A stretch of 63,953 nt of DNA, the filler included, from Lama guanicoe (lineage: Eukaryota): assembly GCA_013239625.1 (NCBI GenBank). It is 189 parts of 189 records of this genome, joined end to end, with 100 filler letters (N's around TTAATTAATTAA, not from the genome) between each part and the next. Parts side by side here need not be neighbours in the genome. Positions count along the whole stretch, not along the records: positions 47,782 to 48,020 come from PNXV01046076.1; positions 48,121 to 48,359 come from PNXV01046077.1; positions 48,460 to 48,698 come from PNXV01046078.1; positions 48,799 to 49,037 come from PNXV01046079.1; positions 49,138 to 49,376 come from PNXV01046080.1; positions 49,477 to 49,715 come from PNXV01046081.1; positions 49,816 to 50,054 come from PNXV01046082.1; positions 50,155 to 50,393 come from PNXV01046083.1; 181 more parts are not named here. One strand, 5' to 3'. The notes beneath the pieces were generated by a model. That model worked only from the letters and a program-made list of their open reading frames with translations. It was not told the origin of the DNA and made no database searches. Numbering within the stretch: position 1 is the first letter of the stretch; each line of letters opens with the position of its first letter. Both the position numbers and the translations under genes were made by a program. Positions 47,901-60,200 of this stretch are shown piece after piece.

Positions 47901-49137
47901 CTTCTCTCCACTTTTCAATGTTCAGTTTTCCTATAATGGTTAGAGTGTTAGTTGTTCTTAGCAGGAAAAATGTAGAAAGATATGCTTGCTCCATTTTCCT
48001 AGAAGAAAACTTCTGGAAATNNNNNNNNNNNNNNNNNNNNNNNNNNNNNNNNNNNNNNNNNNNNTTAATTAATTAANNNNNNNNNNNNNNNNNNNNNNNN
48101 NNNNNNNNNNNNNNNNNNNNCCCACGTCTCCAGAAAATTTCTCTCTTAGTCCTTGCATCTGCCTCTCAGGAGCATCCCAGAAAGAGACCAAGCTGGAGTT
48201 CATCTGCACCGGGACACTCTCCAGGCCCTGGAGCCAAAATGGAGCCCAGCACCTGGGAGGCTGGAGGGCGGGCTGAGGCTGTGCTCAACGGCTGTCTGCA
48301 AAGCTGCCTCCCTTGCGCTGCCGGAGGTCCCACTCCCATCCTGGGCTGATGACTTTGTGNNNNNNNNNNNNNNNNNNNNNNNNNNNNNNNNNNNNNNNNN
48401 NNNTTAATTAATTAANNNNNNNNNNNNNNNNNNNNNNNNNNNNNNNNNNNNNNNNNNNNGAGAGCAGGTGGGCAGCAACTGTGCTAAGACAGATGTGAGA
48501 TGATGGAGACTCAGACCACGGTAGAGCGCACATAAGTTGATTGGTTTAGGGATATGTTCTGACGATTGAGCCAGCATGTTTGCTGATGGATTTAATGTGC
48601 TACATGGGAGAAGACAAGGAGACGAGGATGACCTCAAAGTCTCTGGCTGAGTGCCATTTACTGAGGTGGGAACGACTGTGGGAGGAGAAGCCTGGGCGNN
48701 NNNNNNNNNNNNNNNNNNNNNNNNNNNNNNNNNNNNNNNNNNTTAATTAATTAANNNNNNNNNNNNNNNNNNNNNNNNNNNNNNNNNNNNNNNNNNNNCC
48801 TGTTCTCCAACCCTCCCCACTTTTTCTGCTTCCAAGTACATTGGGGGTCTCTGGAAGGGGGAACTGGAGAATGTTCCTAGACTACTTGCCTTCTGACACA
48901 ACAAAGCTGAGGAGCCCAAAAGGGGCCTTTCTTAAACCATGAATAGTTCCTCCAGGGTGGCCTCCAGCTGGACCTTTGCATTCTTGCCTTGGCCAACTGT
49001 GCACTTGCACCTGAGAGCAGTCAGACTCACCAAAACCNNNNNNNNNNNNNNNNNNNNNNNNNNNNNNNNNNNNNNNNNNNNTTAATTAATTAANNNNNNN
49101 NNNNNNNNNNNNNNNNNNNNNNNNNNNNNNNNNNNNN

Positions 49138-49376
49138 TTTTATCGTATTTGATAGCAGCTTTTTATTGGTTACAAAACCTAAGCCCATATACAAAATTAG
49201 GAACACATTTAGATGCCTCTTTTGAAAGAACATTTTAGTCTTTTTAAACTGAGTTTAAAAAAAATAAAAACAATGCAATTTTTCAACACTGTTTTGAAAA
49301 CTTAAAAGTGCAGCAATATACTTAGTTTCCTTTATCTACGAAATGGTGCAATTCCAATTCCAAACTGATAAGGTCA
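49138..49376 (-). terminator. mRNA 3'UTR terminus with AATAAA polyadenylation signal
   Basis: Minus strand ...ggttttgtaaccAATAAAaagctgctatcaaatacgataaaa (signal 49162-49167) in a U-rich UTR-like context. It resembles a conserved hnRNP Q/R-type 3'UTR from memory, identity uncertain. Confidence 0.5.
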
Positions 49377-50833
49377 NNNNNNNNNNNNNNNNNNNNNNNN
49401 NNNNNNNNNNNNNNNNNNNNTTAATTAATTAANNNNNNNNNNNNNNNNNNNNNNNNNNNNNNNNNNNNNNNNNNNNTGTGTGTCAGGGAGAGAGCGCTCC
49501 AGCAAAACAAAACAAAACCCCGAACGGAGGCTGAATCTGCTCTTCAAAGTGTGGTTCCGATTTCCCGTTTGGTGGCTGCTCTGTAAGCTTCACTCTCAGC
49601 TGGGCCCCTGCCCTCGTGCGTCTGTGTCAGACTTTCCCCGCAGTTTGGGGGAGCTATGAATGCATCAATTGAGATAAACACCCTGTCGGGCTGACACATT
49701 TGGGAGGCTTATTAANNNNNNNNNNNNNNNNNNNNNNNNNNNNNNNNNNNNNNNNNNNNTTAATTAATTAANNNNNNNNNNNNNNNNNNNNNNNNNNNNN
49801 NNNNNNNNNNNNNNNGCTTTTATTAATAACTCATGTATGACTCAACTATGCTATTACATTCATGCATTTGATTTTGTACCGCAGCATACTTTTTTTTTCT
49901 TTTCAGAACTAAAAACCTCTGTCAGTTTTACATCTCCAGTTCATACCCTAGGGGGAACCATAAGATAGGTGCTGAGATCCTAGTCCAGAATGTTCCGTGT
50001 GTTATTCCTGTGTGTCTCAGAAATTCACAGAAAAAAATACATTTGCTGTGTCAANNNNNNNNNNNNNNNNNNNNNNNNNNNNNNNNNNNNNNNNNNNNTT
50101 AATTAATTAANNNNNNNNNNNNNNNNNNNNNNNNNNNNNNNNNNNNNNNNNNNNTTTTTTTTAAAGTTTCTTTTCCATGCCAGCTCATTACAAGAAATTG
50201 AATATAGTTCCAAGTGCTCTACATTAGGTCTTTGTTGTTTATGTATTTTATACACAGTAATGTTTAACTTCTTTTCCCCAGTGGACTTCTCTGCATCTTT
50301 GAGTCCAAAAGGCTCTCTTCCTCACTACTTTGGTCCCTTCTATGTGTCATGACTTTACACTTGTTTTATATGGAATATATTTTGTAAAACTCANNNNNNN
50401 NNNNNNNNNNNNNNNNNNNNNNNNNNNNNNNNNNNNNTTAATTAATTAANNNNNNNNNNNNNNNNNNNNNNNNNNNNNNNNNNNNNNNNNNNNCTACTTC
50501 AACAAAGAAGGAAGTTCTGTCCCTGAAACTCAGGGTTCTAATAACTACTCCTCTGCCACTAACCACTGAGGACTCCTTTAGTTGAAGAATTCTATGAACC
50601 GTACTTGAAATTACATATTTGAACAGAACTACCCCTCATTCTTTGGATTGTTTATACTGACCTTGCTTTTCCGAGAAAAATACGCTCCCGTAGAAAGCAC
50701 AGAATAATCTCCCCTTGACTAAAGATGACTCANNNNNNNNNNNNNNNNNNNNNNNNNNNNNNNNNNNNNNNNNNNNTTAATTAATTAANNNNNNNNNNNN
50801 NNNNNNNNNNNNNNNNNNNNNNNNNNNNNNNNC

Positions 50834-51070
50834 GTTGGTGATGAGCTCCCTGGGCTCCCCGTAGATGCAGTGCTCCCTCCCGGGATACACCCCCTTGACA
50901 CTCAGTGCCTCCCACATCTTCTCCTCAGTGGCGCACTCTCCCTCCAGGAGGATCACACCTAGGAGCATCACCAGGAGGCCGTTCTTGGGCAAGCTCTGCC
51001 CACCGCCCAGCATCCCGTCACTGGTGAGGCCCAGGGTGGGGACCAGGACATACAAGTGCTCCCTGGGGTC
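50834..51070 (-). CDS. MAGE-A family protein, MAGE homology domain fragment
   Basis: DPREHLYVLVPTLGLTSDGMLGGGQSLPKNGLLVMLLGVILLEGECATEEKMWEALSVKGVYPGREHCIYGEPRELITN, open across the contig. Paralogue unassignable. Confidence 0.93.
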
Positions 51071-51302
51071 CNNNNNNNNNNNNNNNNNNNNNNNNNNNNN
51101 NNNNNNNNNNNNNNNTTAATTAATTAANNNNNNNNNNNNNNNNNNNNNNNNNNNNNNNNNNNNNNNNNNNNGTATTAGATACATAAAATAAGAATGATTA
51201 AAATGTAAGTTATATGACACCATAGACTGATTTATCTGTAATGATAAATGCTTTTTTAGCATGTCCTTTAAATGAGACCAACCAAGCAATGGACTCCAAT
51301 GG

Positions 51303-51410
51303 TATCTTAGTCAATTCAGGCTGCTATAATGAATCACATTAGATGGGGTGACTGAAACAACATTTATTTGTTTCTCAGAGTTCTGGACCTTGAGAAGTCT
51401 AAGATCAAGG
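51303..51410. mobile_element. MLT1 (ERVL-MaLR) LTR end
   Basis: tatcttagtcaattcaggctgctataat...tctcagagttctggaccttgagaagtctaagatcaagg. Confidence 0.8.
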
Positions 51411-54397
51411 NNNNNNNNNNNNNNNNNNNNNNNNNNNNNNNNNNNNNNNNNNNNTTAATTAATTAANNNNNNNNNNNNNNNNNNNNNNNNNNNNNNNNNN
51501 NNNNNNNNNNACTAGAGGGCCCAGCCCTATGCCTGGTGAAGAGGCCACAGCAAAAGGAGACCACTGGCCTCGGCACGCGGAACCATCGCGGCAACCAGCA
51601 GACGGCTGTGGGCATTTCTCTGGATCCTGCAAATAATCCTGGAGGGATGATGCATGAAGGCAGACTACAGCGTCACAGGGACAGAGGGACCCCGCGAGGG
51701 GAAGCACTGCCTTGTGGGGGTGAGTGCCTCACCACGGGAGGAGGCAAGCNNNNNNNNNNNNNNNNNNNNNNNNNNNNNNNNNNNNNNNNNNNNTTAATTA
51801 ATTAANNNNNNNNNNNNNNNNNNNNNNNNNNNNNNNNNNNNNNNNNNNNTTTTTCATGTGAATGACCACAGCCCTGGGTGGAGGTTTAAGTCATATTTTT
51901 TCCTGGAGAGTTTGAGGTCTGTAATGCTTGGCTTCTGGGGGACTGAGGAGAGGGTGGGAGGCGGGGAGGGTGGAATCTAAATACCAGTTCTTTCAAAACC
52001 AAACGTACTTGTCCTTTCTCAGTCAAAAGAATAAGGTGATGGCATATATGCATAACTGAATCACTATGCTGTACACCAGAAATTAATANNNNNNNNNNNN
52101 NNNNNNNNNNNNNNNNNNNNNNNNNNNNNNNNTTAATTAATTAANNNNNNNNNNNNNNNNNNNNNNNNNNNNNNNNNNNNNNNNNNNNGGATTTCAGGCA
52201 TGTGAAACTATATAGTCCAGGTGTTGATGCTTAGCTGCCGGAAGCCAGGTGTTCAGTTCTCATGATGAACAAAAATGTTAGAATGACAGCCCAGACCCGA
52301 AGAGTATTATGGGATATTTAGAAGAACACAGTGTCATGAGGGCAAAATATGCAGATAATCAACAAGGGTAGTTCTAACTTTGTACCATCAAAAGAGATCA
52401 AGGATGAATGATCATGAGTCTGAGGGANNNNNNNNNNNNNNNNNNNNNNNNNNNNNNNNNNNNNNNNNNNNTTAATTAATTAANNNNNNNNNNNNNNNNN
52501 NNNNNNNNNNNNNNNNNNNNNNNNNNNTCTGTGGTGATCATTCCAATGTACGTGAAATGCAAATTTTAAAATATTAGTTTTTCTGATTATGGTCAGTTGG
52601 TAAAAAGATGTGAACCAATTCCAAGGTGCAAGGAAAGAACCTGTATCTTAAATATGTTGTAAAAAAAAAATTACCTGAATTGAGATGAGTTCTAACAGGC
52701 AGAAGCAAGCTAGTAAAAGACCACAGAATTCATAGCCATTAGCAGCATAGCTCTGGTCTCACAGACNNNNNNNNNNNNNNNNNNNNNNNNNNNNNNNNNN
52801 NNNNNNNNNNTTAATTAATTAANNNNNNNNNNNNNNNNNNNNNNNNNNNNNNNNNNNNNNNNNNNNTACCTTTAAATATGGTTCTTCTCATCCTATTTGG
52901 AAACCTAATCATAAACGATCATTTAATTGCTCTGATTTTATCTGAGTTTTGGCTTTGTTGCATTTGACTTCTCAACATCAGGAGGTGCTAATAACTAAAT
53001 GTATTTGCTTATGGTCTTGAAGTAAACAAGCAGCCCTGCTCTCCTGTACTCTTGTGATTCACCAACATGCACCCTGAGCCAAGTACTCCAAACTGTGTTC
53101 TCCGGNNNNNNNNNNNNNNNNNNNNNNNNNNNNNNNNNNNNNNNNNNNNTTAATTAATTAANNNNNNNNNNNNNNNNNNNNNNNNNNNNNNNNNNNNNNN
53201 NNNNNGCACATTGTAGGGTTAAATGGGAACTCAGATCACATGATCTAACTCTTTTACTTAATGAATGTGAGAAAATATTCCTTTTAATCAATTCTATCCT
53301 CCACTTTTAAGTTGTATCCCTATTATGAACTTGAACTATCCGTGCTTTCCTATCTCTGTGTTCTGTGTCCTCTTCTTGGTCCCTCCTTCCCAATGATTGG
53401 AGGAAATGTCCTGGGGTAACGGGATAAGGTCAGAGGCCAGAGAGNNNNNNNNNNNNNNNNNNNNNNNNNNNNNNNNNNNNNNNNNNNNTTAATTAATTAA
53501 NNNNNNNNNNNNNNNNNNNNNNNNNNNNNNNNNNNNNNNNNNNNGTACAAAGGAAAAGCCCAGGGGGATGCCTGAGAAATGGTTAATATTGATGAAGACA
53601 AGAGGTTAGACATCTTTAGCTTCATTAGAATTGTATTTGGGGTTTGTGATAAGTGATGAGAGCCATTAGTAATTTCACAGGAAACGGTGAGGATATGTAA
53701 TCCCATAGACTGGGAGTTGCGGGGGGGGGGCGGTTTCAGCTGATGACCAGGAGGATAGATGTATTAATAGAATGAAGGGATATNNNNNNNNNNNNNNNNN
53801 NNNNNNNNNNNNNNNNNNNNNNNNNNNTTAATTAATTAANNNNNNNNNNNNNNNNNNNNNNNNNNNNNNNNNNNNNNNNNNNNTATATTAAATATCTAAA
53901 TTCTTTACTTGCCTAACCTCAAAATGACTTAATATTTTCCCATTCTGTTTTGAATTCCGTGTTTTAAAACCAGCCCATATGATATGGAATGCCATATCCC
54001 GGGACATTATAGCATTTGCAGGGATGGCAATCTGCTAACTTCAATGAGGCTAGCAAATCCGACAGCAGTCACGGTGTATCTGCACACTTACTAAAATGAG
54101 TTATGTGACAGCAGGGTTCACANNNNNNNNNNNNNNNNNNNNNNNNNNNNNNNNNNNNNNNNNNNNTTAATTAATTAANNNNNNNNNNNNNNNNNNNNNN
54201 NNNNNNNNNNNNNNNNNNNNNNAACCTACACTAATCACACTTAGATTTGTGACTTAGCTTGATTGCCCAGTCAGGGTTTTCCTTCACAATGTCTCTTATC
54301 TTTTCTATTTTTCTTTTTATTTTTTTAAAGTATTTGATCCAAATTTAATATCAGGATTTTATGTGAAAGAAATTTCTCTTTTTCTTTTTTTTGGGGC

Positions 54398-54461
54398 CCT
54401 TTTTGGGGGGTTGGTAATTAGGTGTATTTATCTGTTAGTGGAGGCCCTGGGGCTTAAACAC
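54398..54461 (-). mobile_element. Vic-1-type SINE 3' part
   Basis: Reverse complement gccccagggcctccactaacagataaatacacctaattaccaacccccc plus A-tail. Confidence 0.65.
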
Positions 54462-55241
54462 NNNNNNNNNNNNNNNNNNNNNNNNNNNNNNNNNNNNNNN
54501 NNNNNTTAATTAATTAANNNNNNNNNNNNNNNNNNNNNNNNNNNNNNNNNNNNNNNNNNNNTCAGGGGAGCTGTGCTGAGGGGAAACAGGCTACATGCTG
54601 CACGGTTCCACTTGTGTAGTGTTCCCGGAGAGCCAGCGTTAGAGACGGGAAGCAGGTGAGGGGTGGGCAGAGGTGCAGGAGGGGCCCGGGGCGGAGTGGG
54701 CGTGGTGGCAGAGGGCAGCCTGGAGGACGCTGGGGGGGGCACCCGTCCTGCACCCTGATGGTGGTGCGGACGTGCAGCCCTGCACGAGTGGTGACAGTGC
54801 NNNNNNNNNNNNNNNNNNNNNNNNNNNNNNNNNNNNNNNNNNNNTTAATTAATTAANNNNNNNNNNNNNNNNNNNNNNNNNNNNNNNNNNNNNNNNNNNN
54901 TAATCTGCATTTGTAATATAATTGTATTAAATATTATTTTGTATTAAATGCAAAGAATACCTCTATTATTGCAGGTGTAGTTGTCTAATTTATTTATTTA
55001 TTTATTTTGGTAAATTCTCTGTCAACTATTGGTAAACCGTAGAGATAATGTGTTCTTTTATAAACTGAAAAGACATAAATGTTGCTTTTCTAAGAGAACA
55101 TGACCTCTAAATTACAGAAATGGGTATAGTCAGAGTGCCNNNNNNNNNNNNNNNNNNNNNNNNNNNNNNNNNNNNNNNNNNNNTTAATTAATTAANNNNN
55201 NNNNNNNNNNNNNNNNNNNNNNNNNNNNNNNNNNNNNNNAC

Positions 55242-55478
55242 GGCGGCTACAAACCCAGCGACGAGCACAAGACCGACCTCAACCCCGAAAATCTGCAGGG
55301 CGGCGACGACCTGGACCCCAACTACGTGCTGAGCTCGCGGGTGCGCACGGGCCGCAGCATCCGCGGCTTCTGCCTCGCCCAGCACTGCAGCCGCGGGGAG
55401 CGCCGCGCCATGGAGAAGCTCGCCGTCGAAGCCCTGTCGAGCCTGGACGGTGACCTGGCGGGGAGATACTATGCGCTC
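55242..55478 (+). pseudogene. CKB: Intronless creatine kinase B copy (processed retrocopy), residues about 98-176
   Basis: [79 protein letters not shown] reads through two recalled CKB intron positions (after Q116 at 55298/9, and in codon 161 at 55431/2). The frame is intact. Confidence 0.85.
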
Positions 55479-55578
55479 NNNNNNNNNNNNNNNNNNNNNN
55501 NNNNNNNNNNNNNNNNNNNNNNTTAATTAATTAANNNNNNNNNNNNNNNNNNNNNNNNNNNNNNNNNNNNNNNNNNNN

Positions 55579-56156
55579 ATCTGTTTTCTCTTTACTGCAT
55601 CATTCCCATCAGCATGTGTGTGTACATCTTCTAAGTTTTTTAACCTTAAAATAACAAAAATCTTCCCTTGACCACAGCCCTTCCCAGCCACCACACTGTA
55701 TCTCTGCCTATCTTTAGAGCAAAAGAGTTGTCTTGCTTGAAAGTTGTCTACAGCTGCTATCTCTAATCCTTTTTCTCCCATTTGTCTCTTAAATCCCCTT
55801 AAATCAGGCTTTTGCCANNNNNNNNNNNNNNNNNNNNNNNNNNNNNNNNNNNNNNNNNNNNTTAATTAATTAANNNNNNNNNNNNNNNNNNNNNNNNNNN
55901 NNNNNNNNNNNNNNNNNATCTGTTTTCTCTTTACTGCATCATTCCCATCAGCATGTGTGTGTACATTTTCTAAGTTTTTTAACCTTAAAATAACAAAAAT
56001 CCTCCCTTGACCACAGCCCTTCCCAGCCACCACACTGTATCTCTGTCTATCTTTAGAGCAAAAAAGTTGTCTTGCTTGAAAGTTGTCTACAGCTGCTATC
56101 TCTAATTCTTTTTCTCCCATTTGTCTCTTAAATCCCCTTAAATCAGGCTTTTGCCA
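55579..56156. repeat. Near-identical contig pair 55579-55817 / 55918-56156 (L2-like sequence)
   Basis: Five transitions (55628, 55663, 55707, 55725, 55768) with 49 identical bases on each flank. Confidence 0.95.
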
Positions 56157-57951
56157 NNNNNNNNNNNNNNNNNNNNNNNNNNNNNNNNNNNNNNNNNNNN
56201 TTAATTAATTAANNNNNNNNNNNNNNNNNNNNNNNNNNNNNNNNNNNNNNNNNNNNTCTTGTATTTCTAGAACCGAAGTAACAAGAACTGGTCTTGACCT
56301 ACCACCACAAACAAATTGAAAACTAGACAAAATATATAAAACAATTGTTTTGAGAGATTGGAAATCAGGCAGTGCAGATTGTAACCCCCAAGAGAAGATC
56401 AATATATAGTGTAAACCCTATACCCCTGAAAGAGAGGAGGACCAAAACAAAGCCCTATTCACTCACTGATTTAAGGAGATGGAGGTAAAAAAAAANNNNN
56501 NNNNNNNNNNNNNNNNNNNNNNNNNNNNNNNNNNNNNNNTTAATTAATTAANNNNNNNNNNNNNNNNNNNNNNNNNNNNNNNNNNNNNNNNNNNNAGCCC
56601 TGTCCCTGGTCTGGGCCAAAATCCAGCTCGTTTGTCTTGGCGGAAAAGTTCCCTGATTAACCATAAGAGTAGGGTCCTAACTGCCTCAGGCTGTAGACAA
56701 GTCTCCATCTGCCTCTTGAGGCTGCTAAGTCCTTAGCTGTAGATGCAGTTTTGCCCAAGCTGCCACCTGGGTGCAAAGCACCAGAAGGTATGGTGGCAGT
56801 GTCTCAGCCCTAGCTCTCTTCACCTAGAAAATTTNNNNNNNNNNNNNNNNNNNNNNNNNNNNNNNNNNNNNNNNNNNNTTAATTAATTAANNNNNNNNNN
56901 NNNNNNNNNNNNNNNNNNNNNNNNNNNNNNNNNNGAGGAGAGCTCCAAGGAGTGATCATCCCTGGGGCTTGCCAACGGTAAAGGGGGGTGGGAGATGAGG
57001 AAGAATCTGCAAAGGACATTGCAGAAGAGGACAGTATGGTTCCAAGAAGCCAATGAAAGTGTTTCACAAAGTCATGATTTCCTGCGTCAAACGACTTTAA
57101 CAGGTCAAGCAGGATGAGGACTCAAAGCTCCCCTTGGACTGAGCGCCACAGACGGCACGGAACCCTGAGCAACNNNNNNNNNNNNNNNNNNNNNNNNNNN
57201 NNNNNNNNNNNNNNNNNTTAATTAATTAANNNNNNNNNNNNNNNNNNNNNNNNNNNNNNNNNNNNNNNNNNNNCTGTTGATTCTTTTATATATTTTGCAA
57301 ATATTCAACCTGATTATAAGGTGAGTATCATGAGCAGTTATAAAAAAAGGTATTTTTTACTAAATAGTTTTGTAATAACTGGAAGTATAATGTCTGTTTC
57401 TTGCTTATATTCATAGCCATTTTGTTTAGAAGCCAGTTGAAAGGAGGGTTTTTTAGTGTGAAAACCTTAGAACTAGTAAGCTTTTCTAGGATACTGTATA
57501 TAATTAGTAAAANNNNNNNNNNNNNNNNNNNNNNNNNNNNNNNNNNNNNNNNNNNNTTAATTAATTAANNNNNNNNNNNNNNNNNNNNNNNNNNNNNNNN
57601 NNNNNNNNNNNNAGCAAACCCTAATGTAGACTGTGGACTTCAGTTAATAATAATGGAGCAGAATTTGTTCATCAGCTGTAACCTATGGAACACTAACGCA
57701 AGGTAAAAATAAGAGATGAGTGGGAGGAAGTGAGGTATATGGAAACTCTCTGTATTTTTGCTCAGTTTTCCCACAAACTTAAAATGAAGTCTATTAATTT
57801 ATAAAAGCAGATGACTTTTATTCAGTCTGTTAATTGCTTTTCCCTCAGTGANNNNNNNNNNNNNNNNNNNNNNNNNNNNNNNNNNNNNNNNNNNNTTAAT
57901 TAATTAANNNNNNNNNNNNNNNNNNNNNNNNNNNNNNNNNNNNNNNNNNNN

Positions 57952-58190
57952 CAGACATACCTGCGGCAAAGCGTGCCTTACACACGAGGGACAGCACGAG
58001 ATTAACAGCGACAACTAGTGATAAAATAAAACGATGCAACCGCATGCTGCAGTAAAGAGTGATGTACGCGTGGTGTCTCGGTCTCTGAAAGCGTCTCGCC
58101 GCGCGGAGCTCCGCCTTCTTCCTGGGCGGCGTGAGACCACGGAAGCCTGCACGCCGAGGTGAAGGGAGGCGGACGAGGAGGGCACCGGGG
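57952..58190. mobile_element. Tigger2-family DNA transposon fossil, strongly GC-shifted
   Basis: Collinear with the recalled Tigger2 consensus (atacctatgataaagtttaatttataaattaggcacagtaagagattaacaacaataactaataataaaatagaac...), but with many A/T to G/C changes. Confidence 0.72.
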
Positions 58191-58629
58191 NNNNNNNNNN
58201 NNNNNNNNNNNNNNNNNNNNNNNNNNNNNNNNNNTTAATTAATTAANNNNNNNNNNNNNNNNNNNNNNNNNNNNNNNNNNNNNNNNNNNNCCTGTAGTTG
58301 TTTCTAGATCTAAACAGTTGTACAGTTTTTTCAGGTTGTATTTATGGATGCTGTCAACTCTTCCTAATTGCACTCATAATGGAAAGGACACTATCACACA
58401 TAATGTTAAAAGAATTTGTGTTTTATGTTGTATGCTGGTTTTTTTTTTTTCCTATTTATTGGAATTTTGGTGTGTCTGGATTTTTTTTTTAGAAAGAAAC
58501 TGAACATTTTTTCTGCTATCGCCTCTTTGNNNNNNNNNNNNNNNNNNNNNNNNNNNNNNNNNNNNNNNNNNNNTTAATTAATTAANNNNNNNNNNNNNNN
58601 NNNNNNNNNNNNNNNNNNNNNNNNNNNNN

Positions 58630-58868
58630 AGTTTTATAGTATCTGGTCTTACACTTAGGTCTTTTATCCATTTTGAGTTTGTTTTTGTATATGATGTTAG
58701 AGAATGTTCTGATTTCAGTCTTTTACAGGGGGCTGTCCTGTTTTCCCAGCAACACTTGTTGAAGAGACTGTCTTTTCTCCATTGTATGTTCGTGCCTCCT
58801 TTGTCGTAGATTAATTGACCATACATGCATGGGTTTATTTCTGGACTTTCTATCCTGTTCCATTGATC
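58630..58868 (-). mobile_element. LINE-1 ORF2 fragment
   Basis: [28 protein letters not shown]...[16 protein letters not shown]. Confidence 0.96.
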
Positions 58869-59985
58869 NNNNNNNNNNNNNNNNNNNNNNNNNNNNNNNN
58901 NNNNNNNNNNNNTTAATTAATTAANNNNNNNNNNNNNNNNNNNNNNNNNNNNNNNNNNNNNNNNNNNNAACCTGTCAGTGGTGATTTCAGCAGAGCACAC
59001 TTCCTGTGGAGTGTTGGTATGTTGCAGTATGTACAAGAGTGAACGGGAGGTGAGGAAGTGGAGGCAGGTGTAGATGAATGACATGAAGGTGTTTACAGGA
59101 GAGAAGTAGAGCTGCAATGGGGGGGACATTGAGGTAGATTATTTTTATTTGTTTGCCGCTTTGTGTTTTAAGGTGAAAGAGGAGTCCGTGTATTTAAATG
59201 CCAAGGGNNNNNNNNNNNNNNNNNNNNNNNNNNNNNNNNNNNNNNNNNNNNTTAATTAATTAANNNNNNNNNNNNNNNNNNNNNNNNNNNNNNNNNNNNN
59301 NNNNNNNGTAGAAAACACAACGCAGTTTCAAGCAGCTCAGGTTTCGTTGGCCGCCACGGCACGCTGCCCAGTTGGTTCCCCCCTCGCTCCATTAGAATCT
59401 CAGCACCTAGGTCATAAAGAACCAGAGCCCCATGGAAGACTGAAGCCTGTGCTCAGTCAGTCAATCGTTTGGTCTATAGGGTGCGGACTGATTTCAAAGG
59501 AAACTGCTGTTTGATCTCAGTTGTCGGTGGCTGCGGCGGCACATCANNNNNNNNNNNNNNNNNNNNNNNNNNNNNNNNNNNNNNNNNNNNTTAATTAATT
59601 AANNNNNNNNNNNNNNNNNNNNNNNNNNNNNNNNNNNNNNNNNNNNGACCTTAAAGCCCAGTTTATTCCTTACCTCCTCTCTTATTTTTCTCAGTAGTGA
59701 GAAATCACAACTCATTTTGAAAAAAAAACAAAAAAAAAGTCTGCAGCACTGGGCCTTGTTCTGGGGCCAGAAATCCCTGCAATTCTTAGAGCTGGAAGAT
59801 GCGTTTGCAGTTGGTGGTATTGGAGTTGGTCCAGCAGGAGAGACCTGGGGCTCGGGAGGCGAGGGGCTTGCCAAGAGCAGGCTCGNNNNNNNNNNNNNNN
59901 NNNNNNNNNNNNNNNNNNNNNNNNNNNNNTTAATTAATTAANNNNNNNNNNNNNNNNNNNNNNNNNNNNNNNNNNNNNNNNNNNN

Positions 59986-60200
59986 ATTTTCTGCATAGAT
60001 ACTCATGTCATCTGCAACAAAGTTAATTTCTTCCTTCCCAATCTGCATACTTTTAATTTTCTTTTCTCATTGCAATGGCTAGAACTTCCAGTATGATTTT
60101 CAAGAGAAATAGTGAGAGGGGACATCCTTGCCTTGTACCTGACATTAATAGGCAAGCGTCCACATTCTCACCAGTAAGTATGATGTTAGCAGTAGGTTTT
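59986..60200 (-). mobile_element. LINE-1 ORF2 (RT region) degenerate fragment
   Basis: ggctagaacttccagtatgat...agtgagaggggacatccttgccttgtacctga, antisense of RQGCPLS. Confidence 0.88.
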
